Position numbers and translations under genes: made by a program
The notes under the pieces: model-generated
What the model was told of the DNA's origin: nothing
What the model saw: only the letters and a program-made list of their open reading frames with translations
The model's database searches: none
Assembly: GCA_035559535.1 (NCBI GenBank)
Contig: DATMBG010000044.1
Coordinates: forward strand, 62,001-126,000
Source: Candidatus Limnocylindrales bacterium
GTDB taxonomy: Bacteria > Moduliflexota > Moduliflexia > Moduliflexales > JAUQPW01
Length of the DNA: 64,000 bases
Direction: 5' to 3'
Part shown: positions 8,887-18,008 of the stretch, piece by piece
Position numbering within the stretch: position 1 is the stretch's first letter
Layout of the letters: each line of letters starts with the position of its first letter

Positions 8887-10734
8887 TTATTGTTTCTTCT
8901 CCTCAGCGGGTTGAGCTTGTGCCGGCTGAGCTGAAGCGGTTTGTGTATCCGGCAGCGAGAATACGGTTAACACCCCACCCAGTGTTGTTACCTTATCTAC
9001 ATCTCCGAAGGCTCCCAGAGCTCCTAATCCTGCCGTAGGATCTTCTGCACCTATTCCAGCAGCAATTCCAATTCCGGCCCATCCACCGACCCCGGAGAGG
9101 ATAGCAACGTACTGTTTACCGTCAGGACCTACATAGGTCATGGGGTTACCGATGATACCGGATGGAGTTTTGAATTTCCAGAGAACCTCACCGGTCTTTG
9201 CATTAACCGCTTTTAACCAGCCTTCCATAGTACCATAGAAAACGACATCCCCGGCAGTAACCAAAGCACCTCCATAAGCTGCCAGGTTCTCTTTAATTTC
9301 CCAGACCTTTTCACCCTTGGTGGGATCCCAGGCTATCAAAGCACCTCGGTGACCCCCTGGTCCAGGATACATACGCACAATGGCTCCCACATAGGGTTGG
9401 CCCTCTGAATATTTAACCTCAACCCCTTCATAGTCCATACAGATATTATTGGTAGGAACATAGACAAGACCTGTCTGGGGTGAGTAAGCGGCAGGTTGTT
9501 GATCTTTGAATCCAATAGCTGCAGGACAGATATCCTTGGTATTGCCTTTCGAGCTGGTCCTCTTAGCAGGATCTTCGATAGGTCGACCGGTATTCAAGTC
9601 TATACCTTTGGCCCAGTTAACCGGTCCATAGGGTTTTGCTACAATCAGTTTACCGTTGGTACGATCAATGGTATATCCAAATCCATTACGATCAAAATGC
9701 ATCAGCGCCTTAACGGTCTTATCCCCGATTTTAAGATCGGCAAGGATATTTTCGTTTACTCCATCATAATCCCAGGCATCATGGGGGGTCATCTGATAAG
9801 CCCATTTGGCCATACCGGTATCTGGATTGCGGGCGAAAATCGTCATGGACCACTTGTTATCACCCGGTCGCTGATCCGGATTCCAGGTCCCAGGATTCCC
9901 GGTGCTGTAGTATAAAAGGTTCAACTCGGGATCATAGGAATACCAACCCCAGGTGGTACCGCCTCCCCGTTTCCACTCATCCCCTTGCCAGGTTGTTACA
10001 CCCAGATCTTTACCTTGATGATCTGGATAAGGGGCAACAAAATCGGGACCGATCAACACATCAGAATCGGGACCTGCGCTGTAAGCACGCCAAACCTGTC
10101 GACCGGTAGCCACATCATTGGCGGTTACAAAACCACGGACTCCAAATTCACCTCCGCTGATCCCGCTAATGACGACGTTCTTAATGACGAGGGGAGCTCC
10201 GGTCATCGTCATTCCTTTCTTGAAATCACCCTGCTGGACCCGCCAAATCTCCTTTCCGGTCTTTGCATCCAGAGCCACCGTAGTCGCATCGAGGGTATTC
10301 AAGAAAATCATCCCGTGCCCATAGGCTAGCCCCCGATTTACAACATCACAGCAGGCAATCGGGATTACCGCCGGGTCTTGAGTCGGAGTATATTTCCATT
10401 TGATGGGCGCTCCTTCCTTGGTTAAGTCCAGAGCATAGACATGATTTGGAAAAGCGGTGTGAACATACATGGTATCCCCAATGACCAGCGGGGCACCTTC
10501 ATGTCCTCTTAAGACCCCTGTGGAAAATGTCCAGGCAACCCTTAGATTTTTAACGTTTTCAGTGGTAATCTGCTTCAGGGGACTGAAACGGGTGTTGGCA
10601 TAGTCTCTGGCCGGCATTACCCATTGCTTTTCATCCTGGGACATCTTGATAAGCTCTTCACTCCCATACACCAAACTAGGTAATAACACCCATGCTACCA
10701 CTAATATAACCCATAACCGTTTTACCATACTCAT
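8887..10734 (-). CDS. xoxF: Lanthanide-dependent PQQ methanol dehydrogenase
   Basis: Signal peptide; GHEGAPL; vicinal Cys ACCDVVNRG; GEFGVRG; GNPGTWN; WDYDGVNE (D-x-D lanthanide signature, whereas MxaF has D-x-A); no mxaI in the operon. Confidence 0.93.
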   Translation of the reverse strand: MSMVKRLWVILVVAWVLLPSLVYGSEELIKMSQDEKQWVMPARDYANTRFSPLKQITTENVKNLRVAWTFSTGVLRGHEGAPLVIGDTMYVHTAFPNHVYALDLTKEGAPIKWKYTPTQDPAVIPIACCDVVNRGLAYGHGMIFLNTLDATTVALDAKTGKEIWRVQQGDFKKGMTMTGAPLVIKNVVISGISGGEFGVRGFVTANDVATGRQVWRAYSAGPDSDVLIGPDFVAPYPDHQGKDLGVTTWQGDEWKRGGGTTWGWYSYDPELNLLYYSTGNPGTWNPDQRPGDNKWSMTIFARNPDTGMAKWAYQMTPHDAWDYDGVNENILADLKIGDKTVKALMHFDRNGFGYTIDRTNGKLIVAKPYGPVNWAKGIDLNTGRPIEDPAKRTSSKGNTKDICPAAIGFKDQQPAAYSPQTGLVYVPTNNICMDYEGVEVKYSEGQPYVGAIVRMYPGPGGHRGALIAWDPTKGEKVWEIKENLAAYGGALVTAGDVVFYGTMEGWLKAVNAKTGEVLWKFKTPSGIIGNPMTYVGPDGKQYVAILSGVGGWAGIGIAAGIGAEDPTAGLGALGAFGDVDKVTTLGGVLTVFSLPDTQTASAQPAQAQPAEEKKQ

Positions 10735-11038
10735 AATCCCTCCTTCTTCAGATTAAGGACTATGAACCCCGACCTTTGCAGGATCATAACCTTGCTTTCA
10801 CCCTTATCTGATAGAGTATGTAGCATCTTACCCGAAAGATACCTTGACTCTTTACCCTTCAAAAGAAATTTGTGCTATGATCCACCTCCTTTCTTAGAAA
10901 GGATTTACATCATCTGGCTAGAAAACCCACTTCAACTTCCTAAACTTTCTTTTATTAGGTTAGGACCCGGAATTAATTAGGATTAATTGGTCAAAAGAAA
11001 CCGATTTTTGTAGAACAACTTCTAAGGAACGCAATTTT

Positions 11039-11066
11039 ATAATAAGATACAATTCAAAACTGTCAA
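11039..11066 (-). promoter_or_regulatory. Candidate sigma70 promoter of xoxF
   Basis: Minus strand TTGACA-16 nt-TATTAT about 300 nt upstream of the ATG. Confidence 0.4.
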
Positions 11067-11114
11067 GACAAAAAATGCTGTTTTGGAGGATAAAAGAAAG
11101 CTAAAGACAAGAGA

Positions 11115-11199
11115 TGCCGAGGGCCGGACTCGAACCGGCACGGGTTTTAGGCCCGGGGGATTTTAAGTCCCCTGCGTCTACCAATTCCGCCACCCCGGC
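11115..11199 (-). tRNA. tRNA-Leu(TAA)
   Basis: GCCGGGGTGGCGGAATTGGTAGACGC...GACT-TAA-AATC...long variable arm...GGTTCGAGTCC; CCA not encoded. Confidence 0.95.
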
Positions 11200-11253
11200 A
11201 AGGGAAGTAAAGTACCGACTGAAAGGCTTTTACCCATCATCCGGTACTATTTA

Positions 11254-11327
11254 AGGCGGGAACGGGATTTGAACCCGTGAATAACGGTTTTGCAGACCGT
11301 CGCCTTAGACCACTTGGCTATCCCGCC
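11254..11327 (-). tRNA. tRNA-Cys(GCA)
   Basis: GGCGGGATAGCCAAGTGGTCTAAGGCGACGGTCT-GCA-AAACCGT...GGTTCAAATCC; U discriminator; CCA not encoded. Confidence 0.95.
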
Positions 11328-11350
11328 GAAATCAAAAAGAGCAAAAAAAA

Positions 11351-11426
11351 TGGAGCGGGAAACGGGATTCGAACCCGCGACACTCGCCTTGGCAAGGCGA
11401 TGCTCTACCAGCTGAGCTATTCCCGC
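11351..11426 (-). tRNA. tRNA-Gly(GCC)
   Basis: GCGGGAATAGCTCAGCTGGTAGAGCATCGCCTT-GCC-AAGGCGA...GGTTCGAATCCCGTTTCCCGCTCCA; first gene of a Gly-Cys-Leu cluster like glyW-cysT-leuZ. Confidence 0.97.
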
Positions 11427-11461
11427 ACCATATCTATCTTTAATCTAAAACTCACAGGAAT

Positions 11462-11490
11462 AAATTACAAGATGAAAATGGCTTTGTCAA
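11462..11490 (-). promoter_or_regulatory. sigma70 promoter of the tRNA operon
   Basis: Minus strand TTGACA-17 nt-TAATTT about 35 nt before tRNA-Gly. Confidence 0.65.
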
Positions 11491-11514
11491 TTGAAAATCA
11501 AACGAAAAATGAAA

Positions 11515-11665
11515 GTGCACCCGGCGGCCAGATCCCTATCCAAGAGGCCTTCCCTGGTTATCAAAGAGGGCAGCCCCGAAGGGTATACTCCCCCCTCCGC
11601 CCGTCCTTGCCGGACTTCTTCGATAGCTCCCTGTAACAGGGCCTTGTAATCAACCTTGTTCCCTA
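11515..11665 (-). pseudogene. 5' remnant of a cytosine/nucleoside deaminase (CDA-fold, FCY1-like)
   Basis: DYKALLQGAIEEVRQGRAEGG, then after a frameshift in the G-run IPFGAALFDNQGRPLG*GSGRRVH (TAG at 11536-11538); HxE/PCxxC zinc motifs absent. Confidence 0.7.
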
Positions 11666-11680
11666 CGCATTTTTTTCCTT

Positions 11681-12313
11681 TCAAGTTCCGAAGTATCGAT
11701 CCCCAAAATCACCCAAACCCGGTACGATAAACTTCTGGGCATTGAGGTGATCATCAATGGCTGCCGTTACAATAGATACATCTGGATAGTGCTTTTGGAT
11801 ACGATCAATTCCTTCCCGGGCTGCTACAATACAAACCAAGGTGATTTGCCGGGCTCCTTTCTCTTTAAGGACAGCTACTGTTTCATCAAGCGACCCTCCC
11901 GTAGCCAGCATCGGATCCAACACGATCACCTGATGCGACGCAAAGAGTTTGGGAAGTTTCTGGTAATATTCCCGTGCCTGGGCTGTCTTCTCATCGCGTT
12001 CAAGCCCCATGAATCCTACTAACATGGCCGGCAGAAAGTCTTGAATGGCAAAAAGCATGGCAAGACCCGCTCGAAGTACGGGCACAACCACCACCTCTTC
12101 CTGAAGCTTTTTCCCCTCCATAGGAGCCAGCGGCGTCTCTATAGGTTCCGGGATTACTTTCAATTGTTTTGTCGCCTCAACCAACAGAATCTTTGAGATG
12201 ATGCTGGCATGCCGACGAAACTCGGTCGTAGTCGTGTGTTTATTTCGTAAGATCGTCAAGGAATGTTCAACCAACGGATGTGAAACTTTGGTAAGTTTTT
12301 CCATAGAAACCAT
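11681..12313 (-). CDS. upp: Uracil phosphoribosyltransferase
   Basis: HPLVEH, VPVLRAGL, LDPMLATGGS, IVPGLGDFGDRYFGT. Confidence 0.97.
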   Translation of the reverse strand: MVSMEKLTKVSHPLVEHSLTILRNKHTTTTEFRRHASIISKILLVEATKQLKVIPEPIETPLAPMEGKKLQEEVVVVPVLRAGLAMLFAIQDFLPAMLVGFMGLERDEKTAQAREYYQKLPKLFASHQVIVLDPMLATGGSLDETVAVLKEKGARQITLVCIVAAREGIDRIQKHYPDVSIVTAAIDDHLNAQKFIVPGLGDFGDRYFGT

Positions 12314-12559
12314 GAAAAAATGTTGTCTAACAAATAAAGTTCTTTTAAACTCTTAGTATAAAATGCCTCTCCGAGTCAAGGAGAAACCTCGATTTTAACA
12401 AAACTCTAAGCTGACCTCTATTTTTTAGAATTTGTTTTTTTACTTGCTTAGGGTGGTTTATAGGTTCCAGGAGGTATTATATTTTATTACATAAGAACCG
12501 GCTTTTCAGCCTTTTATATTCATGGGAATGTTTGGTTTTTAGATTAAGGATTCAATCCT

Positions 12560-13852
12560 ATGGAACATGTTTACGTTTCAGATATTGCCAAATACGAAGG
12601 TCAAGAAGTAATCCTCAAGGGATGGCTTTATAATAAGCGTTCGAGCGGAAAACTCCACTTTTTACAGTTAAGGGATGGAACCGGAATTATCCAGTGTGTT
12701 GTCTTTAAGGGGGATGTTCCGGAAGAAATATTCAATTTAGCAGATAAAATTACCCAGGAGTCCTCCATCATTATCCAGGGAGTGGTCCGGGCGGATAAAC
12801 GATCCCCCATCGGTTATGAGATAGGGGTAAAGGACTTAAAGGTTGTTCAGATGGCGGAGGACTATCCCATCACCCCCAAGGAGCATGGGGTCGCTTTTCT
12901 GATGGAACATCGGCATTTATGGCTTCGTTCCACCCGGCAACATGCGATTCTGCGAATCCGAAGTGAGATTATTAAGGCTTGTCGATCCTATCTGGATGAT
13001 AACGGATTTATCCTGATTGATGCGCCCATTTTTACCCCGGCCGCCTGTGAGGGGACGACCACCTTATTTGAGACGGATTATTTCGGAGAAAAGGCTTACC
13101 TGACGCAGAGTGGACAACTCTATATGGAAGCTGCTGCCATGGCATTTGGCCGGGTGTACTGTTTCGGCCCCACATTCCGTGCAGAAAAATCCAAAACCCG
13201 ACGGCATCTTACAGAGTTCTGGATGGTAGAGCCGGAAATGGCCTATTACGATCTCAATGATGATATGGATCTGGCAGAAAGTTTGCTTGAACATATTGTC
13301 AAACAGGTTCTTAAAAATAAACGACGGGAGTTGGAAACCCTGGAGCGAGATATTTCTGCGCTGGAAAAAATCGAGAAACCCTTCCCGAGGATTACCTATA
13401 CGGAAGCTGTTGAGATTTTAAATAAAAAAGGTATGGCTATGACCTGGGGGGATGATTTTGGAGGAGATGAAGAAACGGTGCTATCCAAGGAATTTGAAAA
13501 ACCCGTCCTGGTCCATCGATACCCTCTTCAATGTAAGGCGTTTTATATGAAAGCAGATCCGCAAGATCCGAGACTGGCTCTGTGTGTAGATGTCTTGGCA
13601 CCGGAAGGCTATGGAGAGATCATCGGTGGAGGGCAGCGGGAAGATGATCTGAAAACGTTGGAGCAAAAGATTCGAGAGCATAACCTTCCCATGGAAGCTT
13701 TTAAATGGTACTTGGATTTACGCCGTTATGGATCGGTCCCCCATGCTGGATTTGGACTTGGAATTGAACGAACGGTCGCCTGGATCTGTGGATTACATCA
13801 CGTCAGAGAAACCATTCCCTTCCCCAGGCTTATGGAAAGAATCACCCCTTAA
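12560..13852 (+). CDS. asnS: Asparagine--tRNA ligase
   Basis: OB-fold [49 protein letters not shown]. Confidence 0.96.
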   Translation: MEHVYVSDIAKYEGQEVILKGWLYNKRSSGKLHFLQLRDGTGIIQCVVFKGDVPEEIFNLADKITQESSIIIQGVVRADKRSPIGYEIGVKDLKVVQMAEDYPITPKEHGVAFLMEHRHLWLRSTRQHAILRIRSEIIKACRSYLDDNGFILIDAPIFTPAACEGTTTLFETDYFGEKAYLTQSGQLYMEAAAMAFGRVYCFGPTFRAEKSKTRRHLTEFWMVEPEMAYYDLNDDMDLAESLLEHIVKQVLKNKRRELETLERDISALEKIEKPFPRITYTEAVEILNKKGMAMTWGDDFGGDEETVLSKEFEKPVLVHRYPLQCKAFYMKADPQDPRLALCVDVLAPEGYGEIIGGGQREDDLKTLEQKIREHNLPMEAFKWYLDLRRYGSVPHAGFGLGIERTVAWICGLHHVRETIPFPRLMERITP

Positions 13853-13928
13853 ACTGAATAAGCAATGAGCGGTGGGTAATGGACCGAAGCCTTAAAGGCC
13901 ATTACCTATTGCCCACTGCCTGATAACC

Positions 13929-14597
13929 TTGCCTTCCCATGCGGAAATCGTTCTCAGGTTGATTTTAGCAGCTATTCTCGGTGGAATTGTAGGCTTAGAA
14001 AGAGAGCGACGCCATCAACCTGCCGGGTTTCGAACCCATATGATTTTATGTTTGGGTTCTACTCTGGCTATGATGGTTTCCATCCACGTCGCCCATACCG
14101 CCTATGTGAACGGGCCTCCTTATCCAGATCCGGCCCGGATTGCGGCCCAGGTCGTGAGTGGTATAGGTTTTCTGGGGGCAGGAGCCATCCTCAGATTGGG
14201 AGTCTCTGTTAAAGGATTGACAACCGCTACGAGTCTCTGGACTATGGCCGGAATAGGCCTGGCCATTGGAAGTGGATTTTATTTCGGGGGTTCCATTGCT
14301 ACGGTCATTATAATTATTGCCCTGAGTGCCATGAGCAGAGTGGAAAAGGATTTATTCGGAAGTAAAGGAAACAAAATTTTAATCTTCACCGCAGAAGACC
14401 GTCCCAACTTGATACCGAAGGTAGAGGAAATCCTGCGTAAGCATAAGATTCATATCAATACCTTGAAAATTAACAGGAATCCCAATGGACTTTTAAATGT
14501 TCAGATCGAAATGCGATTACTCGAGGAACGACAAATTTCCCATTTCTCCGATGAACTCCTCGCCCTGGGGAGGATCTCAGAGTTGGAGATTCGTTAA
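13929..14597 (+). CDS. MgtC/SapB family membrane protein with ACT-like C-terminus
   Basis: GLERE...PAGFRTH, DPARIAAQVVSGIGFLGAG, GLTTA. Confidence 0.92.
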   Translation: MPSHAEIVLRLILAAILGGIVGLERERRHQPAGFRTHMILCLGSTLAMMVSIHVAHTAYVNGPPYPDPARIAAQVVSGIGFLGAGAILRLGVSVKGLTTATSLWTMAGIGLAIGSGFYFGGSIATVIIIIALSAMSRVEKDLFGSKGNKILIFTAEDRPNLIPKVEEILRKHKIHINTLKINRNPNGLLNVQIEMRLLEERQISHFSDELLALGRISELEIR

Positions 14598-14611
14598 AAA
14601 ACCCCTCCCGG

Positions 14612-14758
14612 TTAGTCCTCCTCTTCTGGAAGGTTCTCTTTTAGAGATCGAAGTTCTTCCCACAGTTTTTTCTGCCTTCGAGCCAGGCTATACACATACC
14701 CAAATAAGACAACCCAAACCACGGTATATCCTGCAAAAAGAAAAGGAAATTTATCCAT
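14612..14758 (-). CDS. ccmD: Heme exporter protein CcmD (48 aa)
   Basis: Not in the ORF track. MDKFPFLFAGYTVVWVVLFGYVYSLARRQKKLWEELRSLKENLPEEED; GAAGGAG RBS; immediately after ccmC. Confidence 0.85.
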   Translation of the reverse strand: MDKFPFLFAGYTVVWVVLFGYVYSLARRQKKLWEELRSLKENLPEEED

Positions 14759-14770
14759 TGCTCCTTCTTC

Positions 14771-15481
14771 TCAGTTAGATCTCTCCTTGAGGGTCTCAAC
14801 GTTTTGTTTAATTTCTTCGATTTCATCCTTGAGCTTCTCCAGGGAGATCCTTTGAGCCATGAGGTAAATATAAAACAGTGTAAAAGCTAACAGGCAAACC
14901 ATTAAGGTTAAAGCCATCTCAAGAGCTAAACCGGAGGACCCGGGTTCCCCTCCAATCACCGGTTTGGGATGAATCGTCCGCCACCAGCGGGTAGACATAT
15001 AGACCAAGGGTACATCCAGAAAAGCCAGAATTCCAAATACGGCGGTAAATCGAGAGGTCTTGGAACTCTCGCTGCTCGAACGTAACATCAAATAGGCCAC
15101 ATACATCAGCCAGAGGATAAGGGTGGTAGTTAACCGGGGATCCCAGGTCCACCAGACATTCCAGACCGGTCTCGCCCAAATGGGACCGGTTAATAAAACC
15201 AGAGAGCAGAAAACAACCCCAATTTCTGCGGAAGCATAAGCAATACGGTCCCATTTCCGTTCCCGTCGCCAGAGATAGAGGGAACTTGAAACGGCCACCA
15301 CAAAAAAAGCTAGAAAAGAAGTCCAAGCCGACGGCAAATGAAAGTAAAAAATACGCTGAACGATTCCCATTTTCTGTTCGGTTGGGGCATACATAAAAAT
15401 GAGATAAAGACCCACCGTCATGGTAAGAAAGGTCGCCCAACCCAGGAGATCCACCGGCGTATATCGAGGCGTTGATTTCAT
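14771..15481 (-). CDS. ccmC: Heme exporter protein CcmC
   Basis: IFYFHLPSAW, WARPVWNVWWTWDPRLT (WWD domain), WWRTIHP. Confidence 0.95.
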   Translation of the reverse strand: MKSTPRYTPVDLLGWATFLTMTVGLYLIFMYAPTEQKMGIVQRIFYFHLPSAWTSFLAFFVVAVSSSLYLWRRERKWDRIAYASAEIGVVFCSLVLLTGPIWARPVWNVWWTWDPRLTTTLILWLMYVAYLMLRSSSESSKTSRFTAVFGILAFLDVPLVYMSTRWWRTIHPKPVIGGEPGSSGLALEMALTLMVCLLAFTLFYIYLMAQRISLEKLKDEIEEIKQNVETLKERSN

Positions 15482-15485
15482 TTAC

Positions 15486-16160
15486 TTACTCCTCTACAAC
15501 AAACTCGAAAGTAAGAAAAGAAGCTACTAAAAAAATGATATCAAAGGCTATCAATAAATGGAGCCAGGAGGTGATGTCGGATAGAGGTTTCTGAGCTAAA
15601 ATTCGGTCTGTTGCCTTAACCGCTCCGATTATAACAGGAACTACCACAGGAAACAGTAAGACCGGAAGCATCACCTCTCGGGTTTTGGTATGAATAGACA
15701 TAGCTGAAAATAAGGTCCCTACCGAAATGAATCCAAGGGTGCTCAGTAAAATAACCAGACCTAGCCCGGGAAGCAAGCTCAACAGGTTCAGATTGAAAAA
15801 AACCATAAAGATAGGAAGCGCTATCAGCTCCACAACACTCATGAATAAAAGGCTTCCCAACATTTTACCCAGATAGATAACACCCCGGTCAACTGGGCAC
15901 AGAAGTAATCCCTGGAAAGCTTCATTTTCTCGCTCCAGGATAAAAGACCGATTTAATCCAAGTACTCCTGCAAAGGTGAAGGCAATCCATAACGCTCCTG
16001 GAAGAGTCGTCTGAGGATCTGCACCCGGGTCGAGGGCGAAGTTAAAGATAACGATAACCAACAGCGTAAAGATAAACGTGGAAGAAAAGATCTCCCGGGT
16101 TCGCCACTCAGCCTTTACATCTTTCCAGGTAATGAACCAAACCTTCTGAAAGAAACCCAT
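15486..16160 (-). CDS. ccmB: Heme exporter permease CcmB
   Basis: KDVKAEWRTRE, ERENEAFQGL, MLPVLLFPVVVPV; 6 TM segments; operon position. Confidence 0.93.
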   Translation of the reverse strand: MGFFQKVWFITWKDVKAEWRTREIFSSTFIFTLLVIVIFNFALDPGADPQTTLPGALWIAFTFAGVLGLNRSFILERENEAFQGLLLCPVDRGVIYLGKMLGSLLFMSVVELIALPIFMVFFNLNLLSLLPGLGLVILLSTLGFISVGTLFSAMSIHTKTREVMLPVLLFPVVVPVIIGAVKATDRILAQKPLSDITSWLHLLIAFDIIFLVASFLTFEFVVEE

Positions 16161-16181
16161 GAAAATTTTATTCCTAAAGAG

Positions 16182-16308
16182 CTATGGGAGTGTGAGGGTG
16201 CGGGAGTATGGGAGTATGGAAGTATGAAGGTAAATTCTCCTATACCTTCACATACTTTCACTCCCCTACTTCCACACTCCCACCCCCTCACCCTTTCATC
16301 ACCTTCCG
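16182..16308. repeat. Octamer tandem arrays in inverted arrangement
   Basis: (GGGAGTAT/GGAAGTAT)n followed by (ATACCTTC/ACACTCCC)n. Confidence 0.75.
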
Positions 16309-17013
16309 TTATCGAGCTTGTTCAACCCAGTAAAAGTAGGTTTTCCCGAAATCCTGGGTATCTATTTTCTGAATCGGTTCTAGATAAACCAATTTTCCCC
16401 TGACCAGAATACCCACCATATCCGATACTTCGAGTCCTTGAGAGATACTATGGGTAGTCATGATAACGGTCCTTTCCCGGGTGTGAACGGTCTGCAAGAG
16501 ATCGCGGAGCATCTCAGCGGCATGGAGATCTAATCCGGTGTAAGGTTCATCCAGAAACATCACGGCGGGATCATGGAGAATGGCCCTAGCAATGGATAAC
16601 CGCTGCTGCATGCCTCGGGAGTAAGTTCTTACCAGATCGTGCATACGGTCCTTTAAGCCTACATCTTCCAGAACCCGCTCGATGGTTGTCGGCAGATTTT
16701 GAAGGTCATACATCTTCCCATAGAACTTTAAGTTTTCATAGGCCGTCAGATTCGGATAAAGGTAGGTACTATGGGAGATTACTCCTATTTGTTTTCGAAC
16801 GGACTCCCCATCTTCCCGGGGATCTAAGCCTGCGATTTTTATCACTCCGGAGGTAGGTTTCATGAGTGTGGAGAGGATTTTGATAAGGGTGGTTTTGCCG
16901 GCTCCGTTGGGTCCAAAAATGGTAAGAAATTGGCCTTTCTCCAGCTTTAAGTTTATTCCTTTTAAAGCCTTAAAATTTCCAAAGGATTTGGTCAGGTTCT
17001 GGATATAAACCAA
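16309..17013 (-). CDS. ccmA: Heme ABC exporter ATP-binding protein CcmA
   Basis: GPNGAGKTT, YSRGMQQR, FLDEPYTGLD; directly upstream of ccmBCD. Confidence 0.9.
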   Translation of the reverse strand: MVYIQNLTKSFGNFKALKGINLKLEKGQFLTIFGPNGAGKTTLIKILSTLMKPTSGVIKIAGLDPREDGESVRKQIGVISHSTYLYPNLTAYENLKFYGKMYDLQNLPTTIERVLEDVGLKDRMHDLVRTYSRGMQQRLSIARAILHDPAVMFLDEPYTGLDLHAAEMLRDLLQTVHTRERTVIMTTHSISQGLEVSDMVGILVRGKLVYLEPIQKIDTQDFGKTYFYWVEQAR

Positions 17014-17020
17014 TGTGCCC

Positions 17021-17986
17021 CTACTTCTCCATTTCTAATAAGGTACGGGTCAATTCAATGAGCTTTTTCTTCTTGCGGGCCCGCTCCTTATGATAATTCT
17101 CCTCGGCTATATCTCCGGCCTCAAACCGATCATCCAGCTCTGCAATAATCCTGATCAATTCTTCCCGCTCTTGTTTTAAAGAAAGCCTGGGATTCCTGGG
17201 AGATCCTGATTTTCTCTTATTTTTGCCCAATCGGTTTTTAACATATACCGATAAAATCCCACCTACTATCAGAATACTTACAAGGACCGAAACGATCAAG
17301 CTCTGACGCTGATTATCCTGTTGTTCCTCGGGAGGTAATGGGACTATTCTGCTAGCATTTGAGTCGGGAAGTCCGGAACCCGGTTGCCCTTTTCCACTTC
17401 CCGGAATTAACTTAACCGGAATAACGACCCCTTTATCAAAATTTTCTCCGGCATATCGACGAAATAGCTGATCTCCCATTTGCACAGGAGGTTGCGCAAC
17501 CAATTGGGGACTTTCTACCTGGGTATCCGAATCTGCTATAAAAACATCCAGAAGTTTGGTAGGATAACTGATTCTGATCGAGAGGGTATAAGGGAAAGAT
17601 GAAATCTTCACATGGTAAGATACGGCCAACTTTAACTCACCTGGAGCTACCGGTTTATTATAATCAAATCCTCGATCGGTGACCGATACTGCATCGGCCA
17701 TTTCTTCGAGAAATTGAGGTGCAAAGAAACCCTCTGGAAGGTTAAAACTTAATACCTTGCTTCCTCCAGTACTCACCAGAGTTGCTTCACTTCTATTATC
17801 CAGGATAAGAACCTCGGTGATCCGAATCATGTCTCCCAGAATACGCAGCACTACATGTTGTCCGGATACCGTGATGGTTTCATCGCTGGTTGTAGTTTTC
17901 GATTCTGCGGCTTGAACACCCGTAAGTGAAAAAAGAGCTAACCAGATGTAGAGTCCAAAATATCCAAGATAAATGAATTTTTTCAA
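17021..17986 (-). CDS. Uncharacterised ccm-associated protein (exported domain, TM helix, CcmI-N-like tail)
   Basis: Signal peptide; TM LIVSVLVSILIVGGILSVYV; tail IAELDDRFEAGDIAEENY. Confidence 0.65.
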   Translation of the reverse strand: MKKFIYLGYFGLYIWLALFSLTGVQAAESKTTTSDETITVSGQHVVLRILGDMIRITEVLILDNRSEATLVSTGGSKVLSFNLPEGFFAPQFLEEMADAVSVTDRGFDYNKPVAPGELKLAVSYHVKISSFPYTLSIRISYPTKLLDVFIADSDTQVESPQLVAQPPVQMGDQLFRRYAGENFDKGVVIPVKLIPGSGKGQPGSGLPDSNASRIVPLPPEEQQDNQRQSLIVSVLVSILIVGGILSVYVKNRLGKNKRKSGSPRNPRLSLKQEREELIRIIAELDDRFEAGDIAEENYHKERARKKKKLIELTRTLLEMEK

Positions 17987-18008
17987 TTCTCTAAGAACTC
18001 CTCCCCTT

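Noticed and set aside
10735-11100. pqqA precursor peptide upstream of xoxF
   Set aside because: I found no short ORF with an ExxxY motif behind an RBS in this spacer
6926-11199. xox operon as a genomic island integrated at tRNA-Leu
   Set aside because: It lies 3' of the tRNA, but I saw no duplicated tRNA 3' end, no integrase and no obvious compositional break
11277-11636. 119-aa plus-strand ORF
   Set aside because: Antisense to tRNA-Cys/tRNA-Gly and the deaminase remnant; spurious
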